From Chthonomonadaceae bacterium (lineage in GTDB: Bacteria > Armatimonadota > Chthonomonadetes > Chthonomonadales > Chthonomonadaceae): a stretch of 64,000 nucleotides of DNA. Of this stretch, positions 28,342 to 39,238 are shown piece after piece. Below the pieces are notes generated by a model. The model saw only the letters and a list, made by a program, of their open reading frames with translations, was not told where the DNA came from and did no database searches. A program made the position numbers and the translations under genes. Location: contig DASRGZ010000096.1 in the NCBI GenBank assembly GCA_035650735.1, forward strand, positions 87,526 to 151,525, given 5' to 3'. Position 1 is the stretch's first letter. Each line of letters opens with the position of its first letter.

Positions 28342-29982
28342 TCATAGGGCTTTGCCGCAGACGTAAATCTGGCCGTTCGGACCGGGGGCAACCGCCCAGG
28401 GTTTCAGCCTCCCGCGCAGGTCAAACCGCCGTTCCACCGTGCCATCGGGGGCGAGGATTTTGAGGTCCTGGCTCTCGGAGCAGCAGACATAGAGCCGATC
28501 CCACTCATCCAGCGCAAGCCGCCCATCATTAAGACCGCCCGGATACCAGGAATCCAGTTTATCGCCCTTCGGATCGTAAACATGGACCTCGCATCGGCCC
28601 TTAGCATTACGCGAGACGTAGACATGCCCGCAGGAATGGATGGCGAGCTTGTATAACTCGTATTTATGCACGGGGCCGAGACGGCCCAGGTAACTCCCGT
28701 TCGGGGTGTAGATCGCTATAGTAGATTTGTCCGTCTCAGGCCGTATCGTATAGATTTGCCCGGTGCTGCCGACGCCTACATCGTTATGCACACCTTCGAT
28801 CCAGCGCCGCACGCGCCTGCCGCCCTGGTCAAACCGCAGGATCGCGTCAGTCAATATGCCGGATGTCGCCAGCAAAGCCCCGTCGGCAGCAAAGGCGAGG
28901 TTCAAGGGACCGATCAGGCGGGTATTGATCTCCGGCCCACCGCAGAAAGCGCGCACGAACTGCCCCTGCGGGGTAAACTCGGCGATAGCGCCCCGGTTCA
29001 GCGCGCGCTGGGGCACGTAGTCATGGGCGATGAACAGGTTCCCCGGCGTAAAGCCAGCCTCAGCGGCATGGGGCGGCGCAATGACGATACAGCGCGCGAT
29101 CCCCATCTGCTCCTGCCCGAAGCAGCGCACGACGTTTCCAGAGCGATCCAGAGCGCAGACAATACCTTGCTTCTGGTAAATCTGCTCGTAGCTGGAAATA
29201 TACCGGGCCGCCAGGCTGCTGATGCTCAGCAGCAGCAGGCCGAACTCCACCAGGGGCCGCAGCCCGACCGCCTCCAGCGCGCGGTCAATGTCCCCGCCAT
29301 GATGACAGAGGGTATCAAAGCGGGTAAAATTGCGGCCAGAATCCACCGTCCCAAACTCCAGGAGCTGAACTGCCTCTTTCTCCAGGTAGCCTAACTCCGC
29401 CGCGCGCACCACCGCATGAAGCGGAGTACGCCTTCCCAATTTGCGATAGATATGCTGGAAGTGCGTCTCTACCGTGCGCGGCGCCATATTGAGGATGTCG
29501 GCAATCAATGGATACGGGTAGCCTTTGCCCGCTTCGCGCAGCACCTCGATCTCGCGCTTCGAGAGCAGCGGCTTGCCGTCCTCTCCGAGTACGCGCGGCG
29601 TCTTGCGCGGGGGTAGCAGGCTGCACAGCAAGAAGTGCAGTCCGATACCCTGGCTGCACGCCTCAAAGAGCGCGGAGGACTGCGCCGCAAACTTCTCTTC
29701 CGTGCCCATGAGCGCCTGAATCTGGCAGAGAACCTGAACCAGCCTCTGATAGTCGTCCGGAGCCTCCATGCCCGTGATCCCTTCCGGCTCGGCAGGAATG
29801 GCTATCGGACGGTTCGGGTCGGCGGGACAGCGCGGCGCGGCTAACGCCTCCGCCGCCCGCTGCAAGGTTGTCAACAAGGACGCATCGCCATCATCCCCAA
29901 ACTTTGGGGGCGGGCCGGTCGAAAAAGACGGGCCGGGATCGTAGTCTGCCTGTTTGTGCATGGAGCGTCGCTTCTGCTGCAT
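28342..29982 (-). CDS. LuxR-type HTH protein with C-terminal NHL-like beta-propeller
   Basis: LSKREIEVL...IADILNMAPRTVETHFQHIYRKLG; repeats PLNLAFAADG, LALDEWDRLYV, PWAVAPGPNGQIYV. Confidence 0.75.
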   Translation of the reverse strand: MQQKRRSMHKQADYDPGPSFSTGPPPKFGDDGDASLLTTLQRAAEALAAPRCPADPNRPIAIPAEPEGITGMEAPDDYQRLVQVLCQIQALMGTEEKFAAQSSALFEACSQGIGLHFLLCSLLPPRKTPRVLGEDGKPLLSKREIEVLREAGKGYPYPLIADILNMAPRTVETHFQHIYRKLGRRTPLHAVVRAAELGYLEKEAVQLLEFGTVDSGRNFTRFDTLCHHGGDIDRALEAVGLRPLVEFGLLLLSISSLAARYISSYEQIYQKQGIVCALDRSGNVVRCFGQEQMGIARCIVIAPPHAAEAGFTPGNLFIAHDYVPQRALNRGAIAEFTPQGQFVRAFCGGPEINTRLIGPLNLAFAADGALLATSGILTDAILRFDQGGRRVRRWIEGVHNDVGVGSTGQIYTIRPETDKSTIAIYTPNGSYLGRLGPVHKYELYKLAIHSCGHVYVSRNAKGRCEVHVYDPKGDKLDSWYPGGLNDGRLALDEWDRLYVCCSESQDLKILAPDGTVERRFDLRGRLKPWAVAPGPNGQIYVCGKAL

Positions 29983-30271
29983 CCTCAGTACTCCCCTGAA
30001 AGTATTCGGCAGAACAGGCTTGCGGAGATTTTAAAGCCTCCTGTTCGTCCGGTCAATACGGGCTTTCACGTACTTTTTGCAGCTATTCGCGGTTTCCTGC
30101 AAAAAACATAAAAAAATACATCGCCCTTATCGTGGGGAGTATAAGGTGAGGGTAAGCGTGCCGTCAAGTTGAAAAAAACAACCAGACAGGCGCCCGCTCT
30201 GGCGAGGAGTGAGCGATCAGGGAAGGGGACGAGAGGGTCAGGTCAAACACGAGTGAGAGAAGCCTTGCTCT

Positions 30272-30372
30272 ACCCTCATCCCCATCCTCTCTCCCAAGAA
30301 CAGGGGAGGGGATAGGGGTGGGGGCCTCTCCCCTCTCCCGCAGCGTGGGAGAGGGGCCGGGGGTGAGGGCTA
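30272..30372. repeat. REP-like cluster downstream of ppk1
   Basis: 44-bp unit at 30327-30370 is the exact reverse complement of 6694-6737. Confidence 0.85.
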
Positions 30373-30382
30373 GGAGCAAGAA

Positions 30383-32521
30383 TCAGGCGGAAAGAGCTTC
30401 CAGGAGCGCGGCCTGCGCGCTAAAGCGCGGCTCTCCGGGCAGCGGATGGCGGCGCAGATAGCTGCCGTCCGGCTGCAATTCCCACGCCTGGCAGTTATCC
30501 TGGAGCAGCACGGGCAGCACCTCGTCGCGCAGCGTGCGGCGCAGAGCGGGGTCTTCGACGGGGATGACGACCTCTACCCTGCGGTCAAGGTTGCGGGGCA
30601 TCCAGTCCGCGCTGCCCATATAAACCTCATCCTCGCCGCCGTTGCGGAAGTAGAAGATGCGGCTGTGCTCCAGGAAGCGGCCCACGATGCTTACAACCCG
30701 GATATTCTCCGACAGGCCCGGCACGCCCGGACGCAGACAGCACATTCCCCGCACGATCAGGTCTATCTGTACCCCTTTTTGTGAAGCAGCATAGAGCGCC
30801 TTAATAAGGGCTGGGTCCACCAGCGAGTTCATCTTCGCGAGGATGCGACCCGGATTGTCGTCGGTGTGCTTTGCGGTTTCGCGCTCGATCATAGACTGAA
30901 GGCGCGAGCGCAGCGTCACCGGGGCGACGAGGAACTTGCGGTACTGATCCTGCCGAGAGTAGCCGGTGAGGAAGTTGAAGAGGTCGGTGGCGTCGGCGCC
31001 GAAGTCGGGATGGCAGGTCAACAGGCCGAGGTCGGTGTAGACGGCGGCGGTCTTCGGATTGTAGTTGCCGGTGCCGATGTGGACATAGCGGCGCAGGCCG
31101 TCCTCCTCGCGCCGCACGACCAGGGTAATCTTGCAGTGGGTCTTGAGGCCGAGCAGGCCGTAGACGACGTGGACACCGGACTTTTCCAACTGCTTGGCCC
31201 AGGTAATATTGTTGGCCTCGTCAAAGCGGGCTTTTAATTCGACGACGCAGGCGACCTGCTTGCCGTTGTCCGCTGCATCAATCAACGCCTGCAAAATAGG
31301 CGAGTCGCCGCTGGTGCGGTAGAGCGTGTGCTTGATGGTCAGCACCTGCGGGTCCTCGGCGGCGCGGCGCAGGAAGTCGGTGACGCACCCGAACGACTGG
31401 TACGGATGATGCAGCAGGATATCGCCCTGCCGGATCGCCGCAAACAGGTCCATGCCGCTGCGCAGCGACGGCGGGATGGCCGGAACGAACGGCGGGTCGC
31501 GCAGTTCCGGGATGTCTATACTGGTCAGAGGGAAGAAGTCGGCCAGGTTGAGCGGGCCATCCACCAGATAGACCTCCTCCTCCGTCGCCTGGAGCTCAGT
31601 GATCAGGGTGCGGCGTATCTCCTCCGGCATGGCGCGGGCCAGCTCCAGACGCACCAACTCCCCGAAGCGCCGCTTGGAAAGCTCCTCCTCGATGAGTTCC
31701 AGCAGGTCGGCGGCAGCCTCCTCTTGCAGCTCCAGGTCGGCGTTGCGGGTGACTCGGAAGGGATAGCAGGCGCGCACCTCCATGCCGGCAAACAGCCGCC
31801 CGATATGCGCGGTGATGATCTCCTCCAGCAGCACGAACTGCCATTTCTCTCCCACGACCGGCACCAGGCGCGGCAGCACGGGCCGCGTCGGGACTTTGAC
31901 GCGGGCGAAGCGATCCTGCCCGGTGCGCGGGTCATGTACCACGACGGCCAGGCTCAGGCTGAGGTTGGAGATATAGGGGAAGGGGTGTCCGGGGTCTACT
32001 GCCAGCGGCGTCAGCACCGGAAAGACCTCGTTTTCGAAATAGAGGCGCAGCCGCTCCTTTTGCACGGGATTGAGGTCGTCATAGCGCAGGAGCCGAATGC
32101 CGCGCCGTGCCAGTTGAGGCAGGAGCTCCTGCAGGCAGCAGAACTGCGCGTCGAGCATCGGCTCCAGCTTGGCCTGGATGGCGCGCAGCCGGGCGGCAAT
32201 CGCCCGCTCGGCGGGTGGGCGTTCTGTCTCCTCGTCGGCGCGCTCGCGCATCCCCGGCACATGGATCATGAAGAACTCGTCGAGGTTGTTGCTGAAGATG
32301 GCCAGGAACTTCAGGCGTTCGAGCAGCGGGTGGGCCGGGTTCTGGGCCTCTTCCAGCACGCGCGCGTTGAACTCCAGCCAGCTTAGCTCCCGGTTAAAGA
32401 AGAGCTCCGTCGGCGCGCTGACCGGCTGCGGCTGTGTCCGCGCTCTGGAGGCGGCGCGGCGCGGCTTTGCCAAAGGCATCGTTTGCGACTCCCCGACCGA
32501 TGGGGCCATCCTCTCGGACAT
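30383..32521 (-). CDS. ppk1: Polyphosphate kinase 1
   Basis: [62 protein letters not shown]. Confidence 0.97.
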   Translation of the reverse strand: MSERMAPSVGESQTMPLAKPRRAASRARTQPQPVSAPTELFFNRELSWLEFNARVLEEAQNPAHPLLERLKFLAIFSNNLDEFFMIHVPGMRERADEETERPPAERAIAARLRAIQAKLEPMLDAQFCCLQELLPQLARRGIRLLRYDDLNPVQKERLRLYFENEVFPVLTPLAVDPGHPFPYISNLSLSLAVVVHDPRTGQDRFARVKVPTRPVLPRLVPVVGEKWQFVLLEEIITAHIGRLFAGMEVRACYPFRVTRNADLELQEEAAADLLELIEEELSKRRFGELVRLELARAMPEEIRRTLITELQATEEEVYLVDGPLNLADFFPLTSIDIPELRDPPFVPAIPPSLRSGMDLFAAIRQGDILLHHPYQSFGCVTDFLRRAAEDPQVLTIKHTLYRTSGDSPILQALIDAADNGKQVACVVELKARFDEANNITWAKQLEKSGVHVVYGLLGLKTHCKITLVVRREEDGLRRYVHIGTGNYNPKTAAVYTDLGLLTCHPDFGADATDLFNFLTGYSRQDQYRKFLVAPVTLRSRLQSMIERETAKHTDDNPGRILAKMNSLVDPALIKALYAASQKGVQIDLIVRGMCCLRPGVPGLSENIRVVSIVGRFLEHSRIFYFRNGGEDEVYMGSADWMPRNLDRRVEVVIPVEDPALRRTLRDEVLPVLLQDNCQAWELQPDGSYLRRHPLPGEPRFSAQAALLEALSA

Positions 32522-32609
32522 CCCGTGCGCTCCTTTACTCCGCCAGGCCGGCCTGATGATAACCACGCGGCCCACGCATTACGCGCCGCTCACCGGGGAA
32601 GCGTGCTCT

Positions 32610-34019
32610 CTACTCTACCCGGCTGGCTTCCATGACCCAGCCGGGCAGCGAGGAATGCGTGCGCGTGGGACGGATCAGCCCGAGGGCTTCCGCCAGATCG
32701 CGCGGCGTGTTGCCGACAGCCCGCAGGTCCAGGCCCGACTCGGCCCGCGCCTCCTCCAGCGTCCTATCGTCCAGGAAGAGGGATTCGTCCCGCAGGCAGA
32801 TTTTCGGCAGATAGACAGTTGGCTTGCAGTCCGGGAAGGCTTTCAGCTGGGCCAGGATGTCGGTTGCCGTGAGCAGGCCCGCAATGTGAATATCGCCGCC
32901 GAAGAAATGGTTTTTCACCACGCACACGTTGACATCCACGCCCGCGATCCGGTTCAGGCGGTCGGCGTAAGCCTGGATCACCGGCGCGGGCATCTCCGCC
33001 GTGACCAGCGTGGCCGCGACGGGAGCCGGCGCGCGCTCCGGCAGCCGCCGGGAAACCTGCTTCATCCCTTCCAGGAACAGCCGCACCGTCCCGATGCCGT
33101 CCTCCAGTTGCGGGAACTCCTCATAGTAAGCTCTGCCGGGAACGGGCTGCTCGGCCAGGAAGTACCATTCATCCCCCAGCCAGGCAAAATGCGTGCCAAG
33201 CCGCCGCTGGAACTCCCGCGTTCGCCGCTTGATGTGCGCGATCATCGCGCGGGCGTAATCGCGTTCCACATGCGCCAGCCTGGGCAGCCGCTCGCGGAAG
33301 CGCGTCAGGCCCACCGGCACAATCGCCACCGACGGCACGCCCGCGCGCTTGCCCGTCACGCTGCGGTGCTCCGCCGCCAGTTCGTCCAGGGTCTGATCGA
33401 GCGCAGCGCCGTCGTTGAGGCCGGGGCAGAGCACGATCTGGGCATGGACATCAATGCGCTCGGAGGCCAATTCGCGTATCTGCGGCAGGATGGGCGTCGG
33501 CTCTTTGCGGCCCAGCAGTTTGCCGCGCAATTCCGGGTCGGTGGCGTGGACGGAGACGTAGAGCGGCGAAAGCTTCTGTTCCTTGATGCGCGCCCACTCC
33601 TCCGGCGTGAGATTGGTCAGCGTGACGTAGTTGCCGTGCATGAAGGAGAGGCGGAAATCGTCGTCCATGAGGTAGAGCGACTTCCGCATCTTTTTGGGCA
33701 TCTGGTGAATAAAGCAGAAGACGCACTTGTTTTTGCAGGTGTGGACCTTATCGCCCAGGTCAAACTCAAACGCAAGGCCGGCGTCCTCGTCCTCGCCCTT
33801 GCGTATCCGCGCGGTAAGCGGCTGCCCGTCGCGCTCCAGGACCAGGCTCAGGCGCGACTCGGCGGCATAGAAACGGTAGTCCAGGATGTCGAGGATGGGC
33901 CTGCCGTTGATCTGGCGCAGCAGGTCGCCGGGGCGCACTCCGGCCCGCTCCGCCGGGCTGCCCGCCTCTACCCCGGAGACGAGCAGGGCGTTGAGATTTT
34001 TCAGTACAATTTCTGACAT
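32610..34019 (-). CDS. PDZ plus radical-SAM-like DUF512 Fe-S protein
   Basis: GSPAERAG PDZ, CKNKCVFC, DDDFRLSF, VPVGLT, QLEDGIG. Confidence 0.9.
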   Translation of the reverse strand: MSEIVLKNLNALLVSGVEAGSPAERAGVRPGDLLRQINGRPILDILDYRFYAAESRLSLVLERDGQPLTARIRKGEDEDAGLAFEFDLGDKVHTCKNKCVFCFIHQMPKKMRKSLYLMDDDFRLSFMHGNYVTLTNLTPEEWARIKEQKLSPLYVSVHATDPELRGKLLGRKEPTPILPQIRELASERIDVHAQIVLCPGLNDGAALDQTLDELAAEHRSVTGKRAGVPSVAIVPVGLTRFRERLPRLAHVERDYARAMIAHIKRRTREFQRRLGTHFAWLGDEWYFLAEQPVPGRAYYEEFPQLEDGIGTVRLFLEGMKQVSRRLPERAPAPVAATLVTAEMPAPVIQAYADRLNRIAGVDVNVCVVKNHFFGGDIHIAGLLTATDILAQLKAFPDCKPTVYLPKICLRDESLFLDDRTLEEARAESGLDLRAVGNTPRDLAEALGLIRPTRTHSSLPGWVMEASRVE

Positions 34020-34136
34020 GGCAGTCTATTGTACCGGATAGCCGCTGGGATTGCAAAAGGGGATCACAGAAAGGTCAGATTTACGAACGGCGCGCAGCGC
34101 CTGGTTCGCCACGGCTTGCGTTCATGCTCGAACACT

Positions 34137-35573
34137 CTATTCCTGACGTTCTTCTTGCGTTACGTAAAGTGTCACCGGTCGGAAGTCCGCCGCGCCCTCA
34201 CTGACGAAGACGCCCCAATCGCCTTGCGGCAGGTTATACATCCGCGCGCTCAGGGCGATGCGGTCGTCGGCGTAAACCTCGCACACCGTTCCCTCCACAA
34301 AGACCTTCAGTTCCACCGGCTTGCGGGGCGCAAGGGCTAGGGGCCTCTCCAACTCCACCATGAACGGCAGGTCGCCGGGGCGGGGCCAGGAATCGAAGAC
34401 CAGGCGGTTTCGACCCGGCTCTAATCGGACATAATAGGCCGCTTCCAGGTCGTCATCGGCGCGCAGCATCAGGCCGCCGCCGCGCGTGTTGGGCGCGAAC
34501 GTAACGGTCGTCTCGATTCGGCACCGTTCCGGCAGCGGTCCGGCGGAGGCGCAGGCGAAGGAGCCTGGCGCGATGAGTTGGATGTGATTCCCTTCGATCT
34601 CGCAAGGGCCGATTCTGGGCTGGAATCGGCAAGGCGTCTCTCGACAAAAGGCGGCTTCTACGCTCGCTGGCGCGCGCACGGAGAGATCGCCGTTCGCCTC
34701 CTGCACGATCTCATGCACGACCAGGTTCCCGCCCCACTGCCAGGGCCGATAGTCCTTCTCGCCCTCGCGGGTCGGGTTCCAGCCGAAGACGAAGCGCCGC
34801 CAACCATCCGAGGCGGTCTTGGCCGCATAGAAGGCGCGTCCGTCGAAGGTGTCGTTCTCCGGGGCCGTCCAGGGGCCTTGCAGGGAACGGCTCTTGCGCC
34901 AGCGCGTTACGCAACGGTCGCTGAATTCGGAGAAGACCAGATACCACCAGCCGCCCATCTGAAAGAGGTCCGGGCACTCGTGCGTAAAGTAGAGGCCCGG
35001 CGACCAGAACGGCTCGCGCATTTCCCAGGTCTTGAGGTCCTGAGAGGCGCAGAGGGCCGTGCATCCGCGCCGCCGCGAAGGGCCAGTCTGAAGGCGGGCT
35101 GCCAGCAGCATCCACCACTCTCCCGCCTCCTCGTTCCAGAAGACGAAGGGGTCACGCCAGTCGTGCGGCTCAAAGCGGGCGGTCGGCGCGCAAAAGGAAT
35201 CTTCCGGGACTTTGCGCCAGTGCAGCAGGTCGTCGCTGACGGCGTGCATGACGGCCTGCTCCGGTCGGCCCGCCTTGCGAAAGTGCGGGTTGTGGCCCGT
35301 GTAGAAGATATGGAACTGTCCGTTGGCCTCGATCACGGAGCCGGTGAACACGTAGAGGTCCTGCTGCTCTTGCGTGCCGCGCGGCAGCATCTGGCCGTGT
35401 TCGGTGAAGTGAACAAAGTCTCGCGTGCTGATCTGGTACCAGGGCGTCCCCTCGCCGTGCCGCTCATGGTCGCGCCAGTCGAGCAGGTAGAACAGACGGT
35501 ACTCGCCATTCCAGTAGAAGGGAATAAAGTCGGCGGCCCAGGCATCCGCAGGCTTGTAGAAGAGATCGTTCAT
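34137..35573 (-). CDS. Glycoside hydrolase family 32 (beta-fructosidase-like)
   Basis: ADFIPF, FTGSV, WRDP, ECPDLF, WGGNL. Confidence 0.88.
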   Translation of the reverse strand: MNDLFYKPADAWAADFIPFYWNGEYRLFYLLDWRDHERHGEGTPWYQISTRDFVHFTEHGQMLPRGTQEQQDLYVFTGSVIEANGQFHIFYTGHNPHFRKAGRPEQAVMHAVSDDLLHWRKVPEDSFCAPTARFEPHDWRDPFVFWNEEAGEWWMLLAARLQTGPSRRRGCTALCASQDLKTWEMREPFWSPGLYFTHECPDLFQMGGWWYLVFSEFSDRCVTRWRKSRSLQGPWTAPENDTFDGRAFYAAKTASDGWRRFVFGWNPTREGEKDYRPWQWGGNLVVHEIVQEANGDLSVRAPASVEAAFCRETPCRFQPRIGPCEIEGNHIQLIAPGSFACASAGPLPERCRIETTVTFAPNTRGGGLMLRADDDLEAAYYVRLEPGRNRLVFDSWPRPGDLPFMVELERPLALAPRKPVELKVFVEGTVCEVYADDRIALSARMYNLPQGDWGVFVSEGAADFRPVTLYVTQEERQE

Positions 35574-35820
35574 GCAGGTTCCTACTTTCCAGGCGCACCT
35601 GTGCGAGTGCATTCACTTTGGGTTTTCTCAATTTCGCTGAGGGCGCGGCCATGATACGGGAAGGTTCCATCGAAGGGGATATTCGGGAGGGCATGGCGGC
35701 CTCGCCTACTCACCTTCCGGAGTAGCTAAAACGTTAGAAGACTCACCTGACTCTTTATCTTGCTGATCCCGGAAACTCCCTCTTTAGAACGCGCATTGTC
35801 ATTCGTTATGGGCTTGGTGA

Positions 35821-36045
35821 GTGCCTGATTCGGCGACGCTGCGGGTTGGGGCACTGCGACGACAAGCGCAGCAGGCGTCCGTTTTTCGGGCGATAGAAAT
35901 TTTTCAAAATACACGAGGCCACTTTGAGCAGGGGAACTACGCCTTTGTGGATGGTCATATCAAGACATTGCGATGGCCGCAGGTGCGCGGCAACGACTTT
36001 CAGCTTTTCAAGCTGCATAAGCCGCAGCAGACCTCTACACCTTGA
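35821..36045 (+). pseudogene. C-terminal fragment of DUF1559/prepilin-type protein (H-X9-DG motif)
   Basis: RGHFEQGNYAFVDGHIKTLRW; no upstream pilin N-terminus visible. Confidence 0.65.
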
Positions 36046-36075
36046 TGGTGTAGAGTCGCTCTCATTCGCTAGCTA

Positions 36076-36178
36076 ACCCAAGTTGCTACCTAGGAACACG
36101 TTTGAGAGAGAATCGCTCTGGAAACCGGCTTTTGCATCACCGTTTGCCTTCTCGAAGAGGCAAGGTAGCAACTTGAGT
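36076..36178. mobile_element. 103-bp MITE with IS982-like ends
   Basis: TIRs ACCCAAGTTGCTACCT / AGGTAGCAACTTGAGT (one mismatch); TAGCTA on both flanks (36070-75, 36179-84). Confidence 0.75.
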
Positions 36179-36320
36179 TAGCTACTCTGATCGGGCAGGA
36201 AGTTCGAGCCAATGTTGACGCCTGCACTGCGATAGAAACTCCAAACCGGACCTTCATTGTCCTGCCCGACGGCACGGTTCTGGATGCTTCGATTCGGCAG
36301 CCTTCCTGCAAGGTGCGGTC

Positions 36321-36545
36321 GTGGATGAGAGCGCCGATCCGCCCTTTACGATTGGCAGGCTCGACCCCAACGGCCTGCTGGCATTCGGCGTATTCGGCGG
36401 CCCGGTCATCGCTTCGAGCAAACTGCTCAATCCGCTCGTCGCCCCTATGCCCGAACCGTCCGTGCCGGCTGTGCTCGGCCTCGGCATTATTTTCTTGATC
36501 GGCTTCCTGCGGCGGCGCAAAACGGCGCCATCAACCACTATTTGA
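36321..36545 (+). pseudogene. PEP-CTERM protein C-terminal remnant
   Basis: MPEPSVPAVLGLGIIFLIGFLRRRK; no signal peptide upstream. Confidence 0.65.
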
Positions 36546-36620
36546 GCCGGGGGGGTGCATTCTACGCGCCTGGTGCGCCGATTACCGATTTAATCTATCG
36601 TCACCGGCCAACCCGTCCCG

Positions 36621-37313
36621 TTAGCCCACGCGGCGTTCTACGTCGGCAAAGACGCTGAGCCGCAGCCAGGAGGGCAGGCGGTTACGCAACCCTTGCGGGC
36701 CTTCTATCTTGAGGGCTTGCGTTTGGAGGGCGGATCCATACGAAAGGTCGCCCATCCAGATGCCGGTCATGGTGCGCACGTCGGTTGTCACATACAGGTC
36801 GGGCTCGATGCCGGGATCGACCAGGCACAGATCGGCTTCGTCGTGATTGAGCACGAGCCACCAGTGTCGTCGGCTCACGGGCGCGTCGTGGTACTGAAAA
36901 TAGACCACGACCCGCTCTTCCGGCAATTGGTGGTAGTCTATACGCCGCCGCATGTCCCACATCAGGAGCCCGACGTCCAGATCGCCCGGGTCCATCGTAC
37001 TTTTCGTCCACTGCTTTCCCCAATTCCCCAACTGCACGACGATGGGCCGCAGCTCTTCTCCCGCGGGCGTCAGGCGGTATTCATCGTAGCCGCTGCCGGA
37101 GGCGGCGCGCGCGATCACTCCCGCTCGCTCGAGCTCCTGCAAGCGCTTTGAAAGCAGGCTTCGCGACATCAGGGGCACGCCACGGTGGATGTCGCTGAAG
37201 CGGCTGCTGCCCATGAGCATCTCACGCAGAATGAGCGGAGTCCACCGTTCGGCAAACACCTCGCACGCTTTGGCAACGGGGCAGAACTGCCCGTAGCTTA
37301 CTCTCCTGGCCAT
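36621..37313 (-). CDS. HxlR family winged-helix regulator with SCP2-like C-terminus
   Basis: YGQFCPVAKA, ERWTPLILRE, LSKRLQEL, YRLTPAG. Confidence 0.9.
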   Translation of the reverse strand: MARRVSYGQFCPVAKACEVFAERWTPLILREMLMGSSRFSDIHRGVPLMSRSLLSKRLQELERAGVIARAASGSGYDEYRLTPAGEELRPIVVQLGNWGKQWTKSTMDPGDLDVGLLMWDMRRRIDYHQLPEERVVVYFQYHDAPVSRRHWWLVLNHDEADLCLVDPGIEPDLYVTTDVRTMTGIWMGDLSYGSALQTQALKIEGPQGLRNRLPSWLRLSVFADVERRVG

Positions 37314-37352
37314 CGTCTCTTCCTTCCGCTAGATCCTGGCGGGGTCTATTCG

Positions 37353-37367
37353 GTACAAATATTGTAC
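37353..37367. promoter_or_regulatory. Palindromic operator candidate between HxlR and oxidase
   Basis: GTACAA-ATA-TTGTAC in the divergent intergenic region. Confidence 0.55.
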
Positions 37368-37427
37368 TGGATGAGTATACCCATTCGATGTTATTATGAC
37401 AACAACCTTTCCAATGGGAGAACTGAG

Positions 37428-38849
37428 ATGAACGCTACAGAGTTGAGGACGCTTTCCGGCAGAACTATCCTGCTGCCTTCGGCGGAAATCGAGCATTTCG
37501 CCGCGCAGATAGGCGGCCAGGTGCTCCGCGCCGAAGATGATGGTTACGATTCGGCGCGGGTGATCTGGAACGCGATGATCGACAAGCGCCCCGCGCTTAT
37601 CGTCCGCTGCGCCACAACGCCGGACGTCGTGCGTGCGGTGAACTTCGCAAGGGACAACAGCCTACTGGTCGCCGTCCGCGGCGGCGGGCACAACATCGCA
37701 GGCAATGCGCTGTGCGACGGCGGCATCGTGATCGATCTCTCGCAGATGAAGGCTGCGCGGGTTGACGCCGACACGCGCCGTGTCATCATCGAGGGGGGCG
37801 CCACGCTTGCGGACCTCGACGCTGCCACCCAGGCCCACGGCCTCGCTACGCCGGTCGGCATCAACTCCACTACCGGCATTGCCGGCCTGACGCTCGGCGG
37901 CGGCTTCGGATGGCTCAGCCGCAAGTACGGCATGACCATTGACAACCTTGAGTCCGCCGAGGTCGTGACCGCGGCTGGCGAAGTGGTGCGCGCCAGCGCC
38001 ACCGAGCACCCCGATCTCTTCTGGGCCCTCCGAGGCGGCAGCGGCAACTTCGGCGTCGTGACCCACTTTGAGTTTCGACTCCACCCTGTCGGCCCCGACG
38101 TGCTGAGTGGCCTGATCGTCTACCCGATCTCGGAGGCGAAGTCGGTGCTGCAACAGTACCGGGCGTTCCTCGCGGAGGCGCCGGACGAGCTCTCGGTCTG
38201 GATCGTCCTGCGCAAAGCGCCGCCCCTGCCGTTCCTTCCTGAGGAGGTCCACGGTAAGGAGATTCTGGCGCTGGCGCTGATCTACACGGGGAATCCGGAT
38301 CAAGGCAAGCCGCTCATCGAACCGCTGAGCAAATTCGGCCACCCGGTAGGCGAGCACGTTGGGGTTATGCCGTACACCGCCTGGCAGCAGGCCTTTGACC
38401 CGCTGCTTACTCCGGGCGCGCGCAACTACTGGAAGTCCCACAACTTCTCGGCGCTCAATGACGGGCTGTTCGACATCGTCGTCGAGTACGTCGAGAAGTT
38501 GCCGTCGCCTCAATGCGAGATCTTCCTCGGCGCCCTCGGCGGCGCTACAACACGCCCGTCGCCCGATTCCACGGCGTACGCGCATCGTGACGCCTTATTC
38601 GTTATGAACGTTCATGGCCGATGGGAGGACCAGGCCGACGACGAGCGCTGCATCGGCTGGGCGCGCGGCTTTTTCAACGCCTCCGCGCCGTTCGCCAGCG
38701 GTGGCGTCTACGTTAACTTCATGACCGCCGACGAGGGCGAGCGCGTGCGCGCTGCCTACGGTCCCAACTACGAGCGCCTCGCCCAGGTGAAGCGCACGTA
38801 TGACCCGGCTAACTTCTTCAGGATGAACCAGAATATCAAGCCTGCCTGA
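37428..38849 (+). CDS. FAD-binding oxidoreductase (BBE domain; 6-hydroxy-D-nicotine oxidase-like)
   Basis: RGGGHN, GLTLGGGFG, LFWALRGG, YVNF, YDPANFF. Confidence 0.92.
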   Translation: MNATELRTLSGRTILLPSAEIEHFAAQIGGQVLRAEDDGYDSARVIWNAMIDKRPALIVRCATTPDVVRAVNFARDNSLLVAVRGGGHNIAGNALCDGGIVIDLSQMKAARVDADTRRVIIEGGATLADLDAATQAHGLATPVGINSTTGIAGLTLGGGFGWLSRKYGMTIDNLESAEVVTAAGEVVRASATEHPDLFWALRGGSGNFGVVTHFEFRLHPVGPDVLSGLIVYPISEAKSVLQQYRAFLAEAPDELSVWIVLRKAPPLPFLPEEVHGKEILALALIYTGNPDQGKPLIEPLSKFGHPVGEHVGVMPYTAWQQAFDPLLTPGARNYWKSHNFSALNDGLFDIVVEYVEKLPSPQCEIFLGALGGATTRPSPDSTAYAHRDALFVMNVHGRWEDQADDERCIGWARGFFNASAPFASGGVYVNFMTADEGERVRAAYGPNYERLAQVKRTYDPANFFRMNQNIKPA

Positions 38850-38861
38850 GGTGAAGATAGG

Positions 38862-38903
38862 CCTTACCCCCGGCCCCTCTCCTTCGCAAGGAGAGGGGAG
38901 AGG
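38862..38903. repeat. REP-like hairpin
   Basis: CCCCTCTCCTTCGCAAGGAGAGGGG, near-identical to the hairpin at ~4662. Confidence 0.8.
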
Positions 38904-38958
38904 CGTTTCATGCGCGGTGGTGCGCCCCGCGCATAGAGGGCTGATTATGAAGAGGTGC

Positions 38959-39012
38959 GCCTGACAACCGATTGCAGCGGACGGCGCTGAAGGCGCCGCT
39001 TTGCGGTGAGGC
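38959..39012 (+). other. Degenerate integron attC-like site
   Basis: GCCTGAC-AACCGATTGCAGCGGACGGCGC...GCGCCGC...GTGAGGC; both R boxes off consensus. Confidence 0.35.
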
Positions 39013-39076
39013 GAAGTTATTTTCCTGACAGCAGAGCGAGAAACGCCTCATTATATCATTAGAATTCCCACTTAGA

Positions 39077-39112
39077 CCGCTCGGTCGCTTAGACCGAGCG
39101 GCTTTTTGTTTT
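39077..39112 (+). terminator. Intrinsic terminator-like hairpin
   Basis: CCGCTCGGTC-GCTTA-GACCGAGCGG followed by CTTTTTGTTTT. Confidence 0.65.
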
Positions 39113-39238
39113 CCTCTGTTTCGACGGAACGGCCTTTGTTTTCCCAGGGGAATTCGGAAAAAGGGCGAAACCTCGTACCTTCTTGCGCGCCTTGATAAAC
39201 AGACTAATAGGCTAAACCAGTATAATAGTTCAGGAGGT

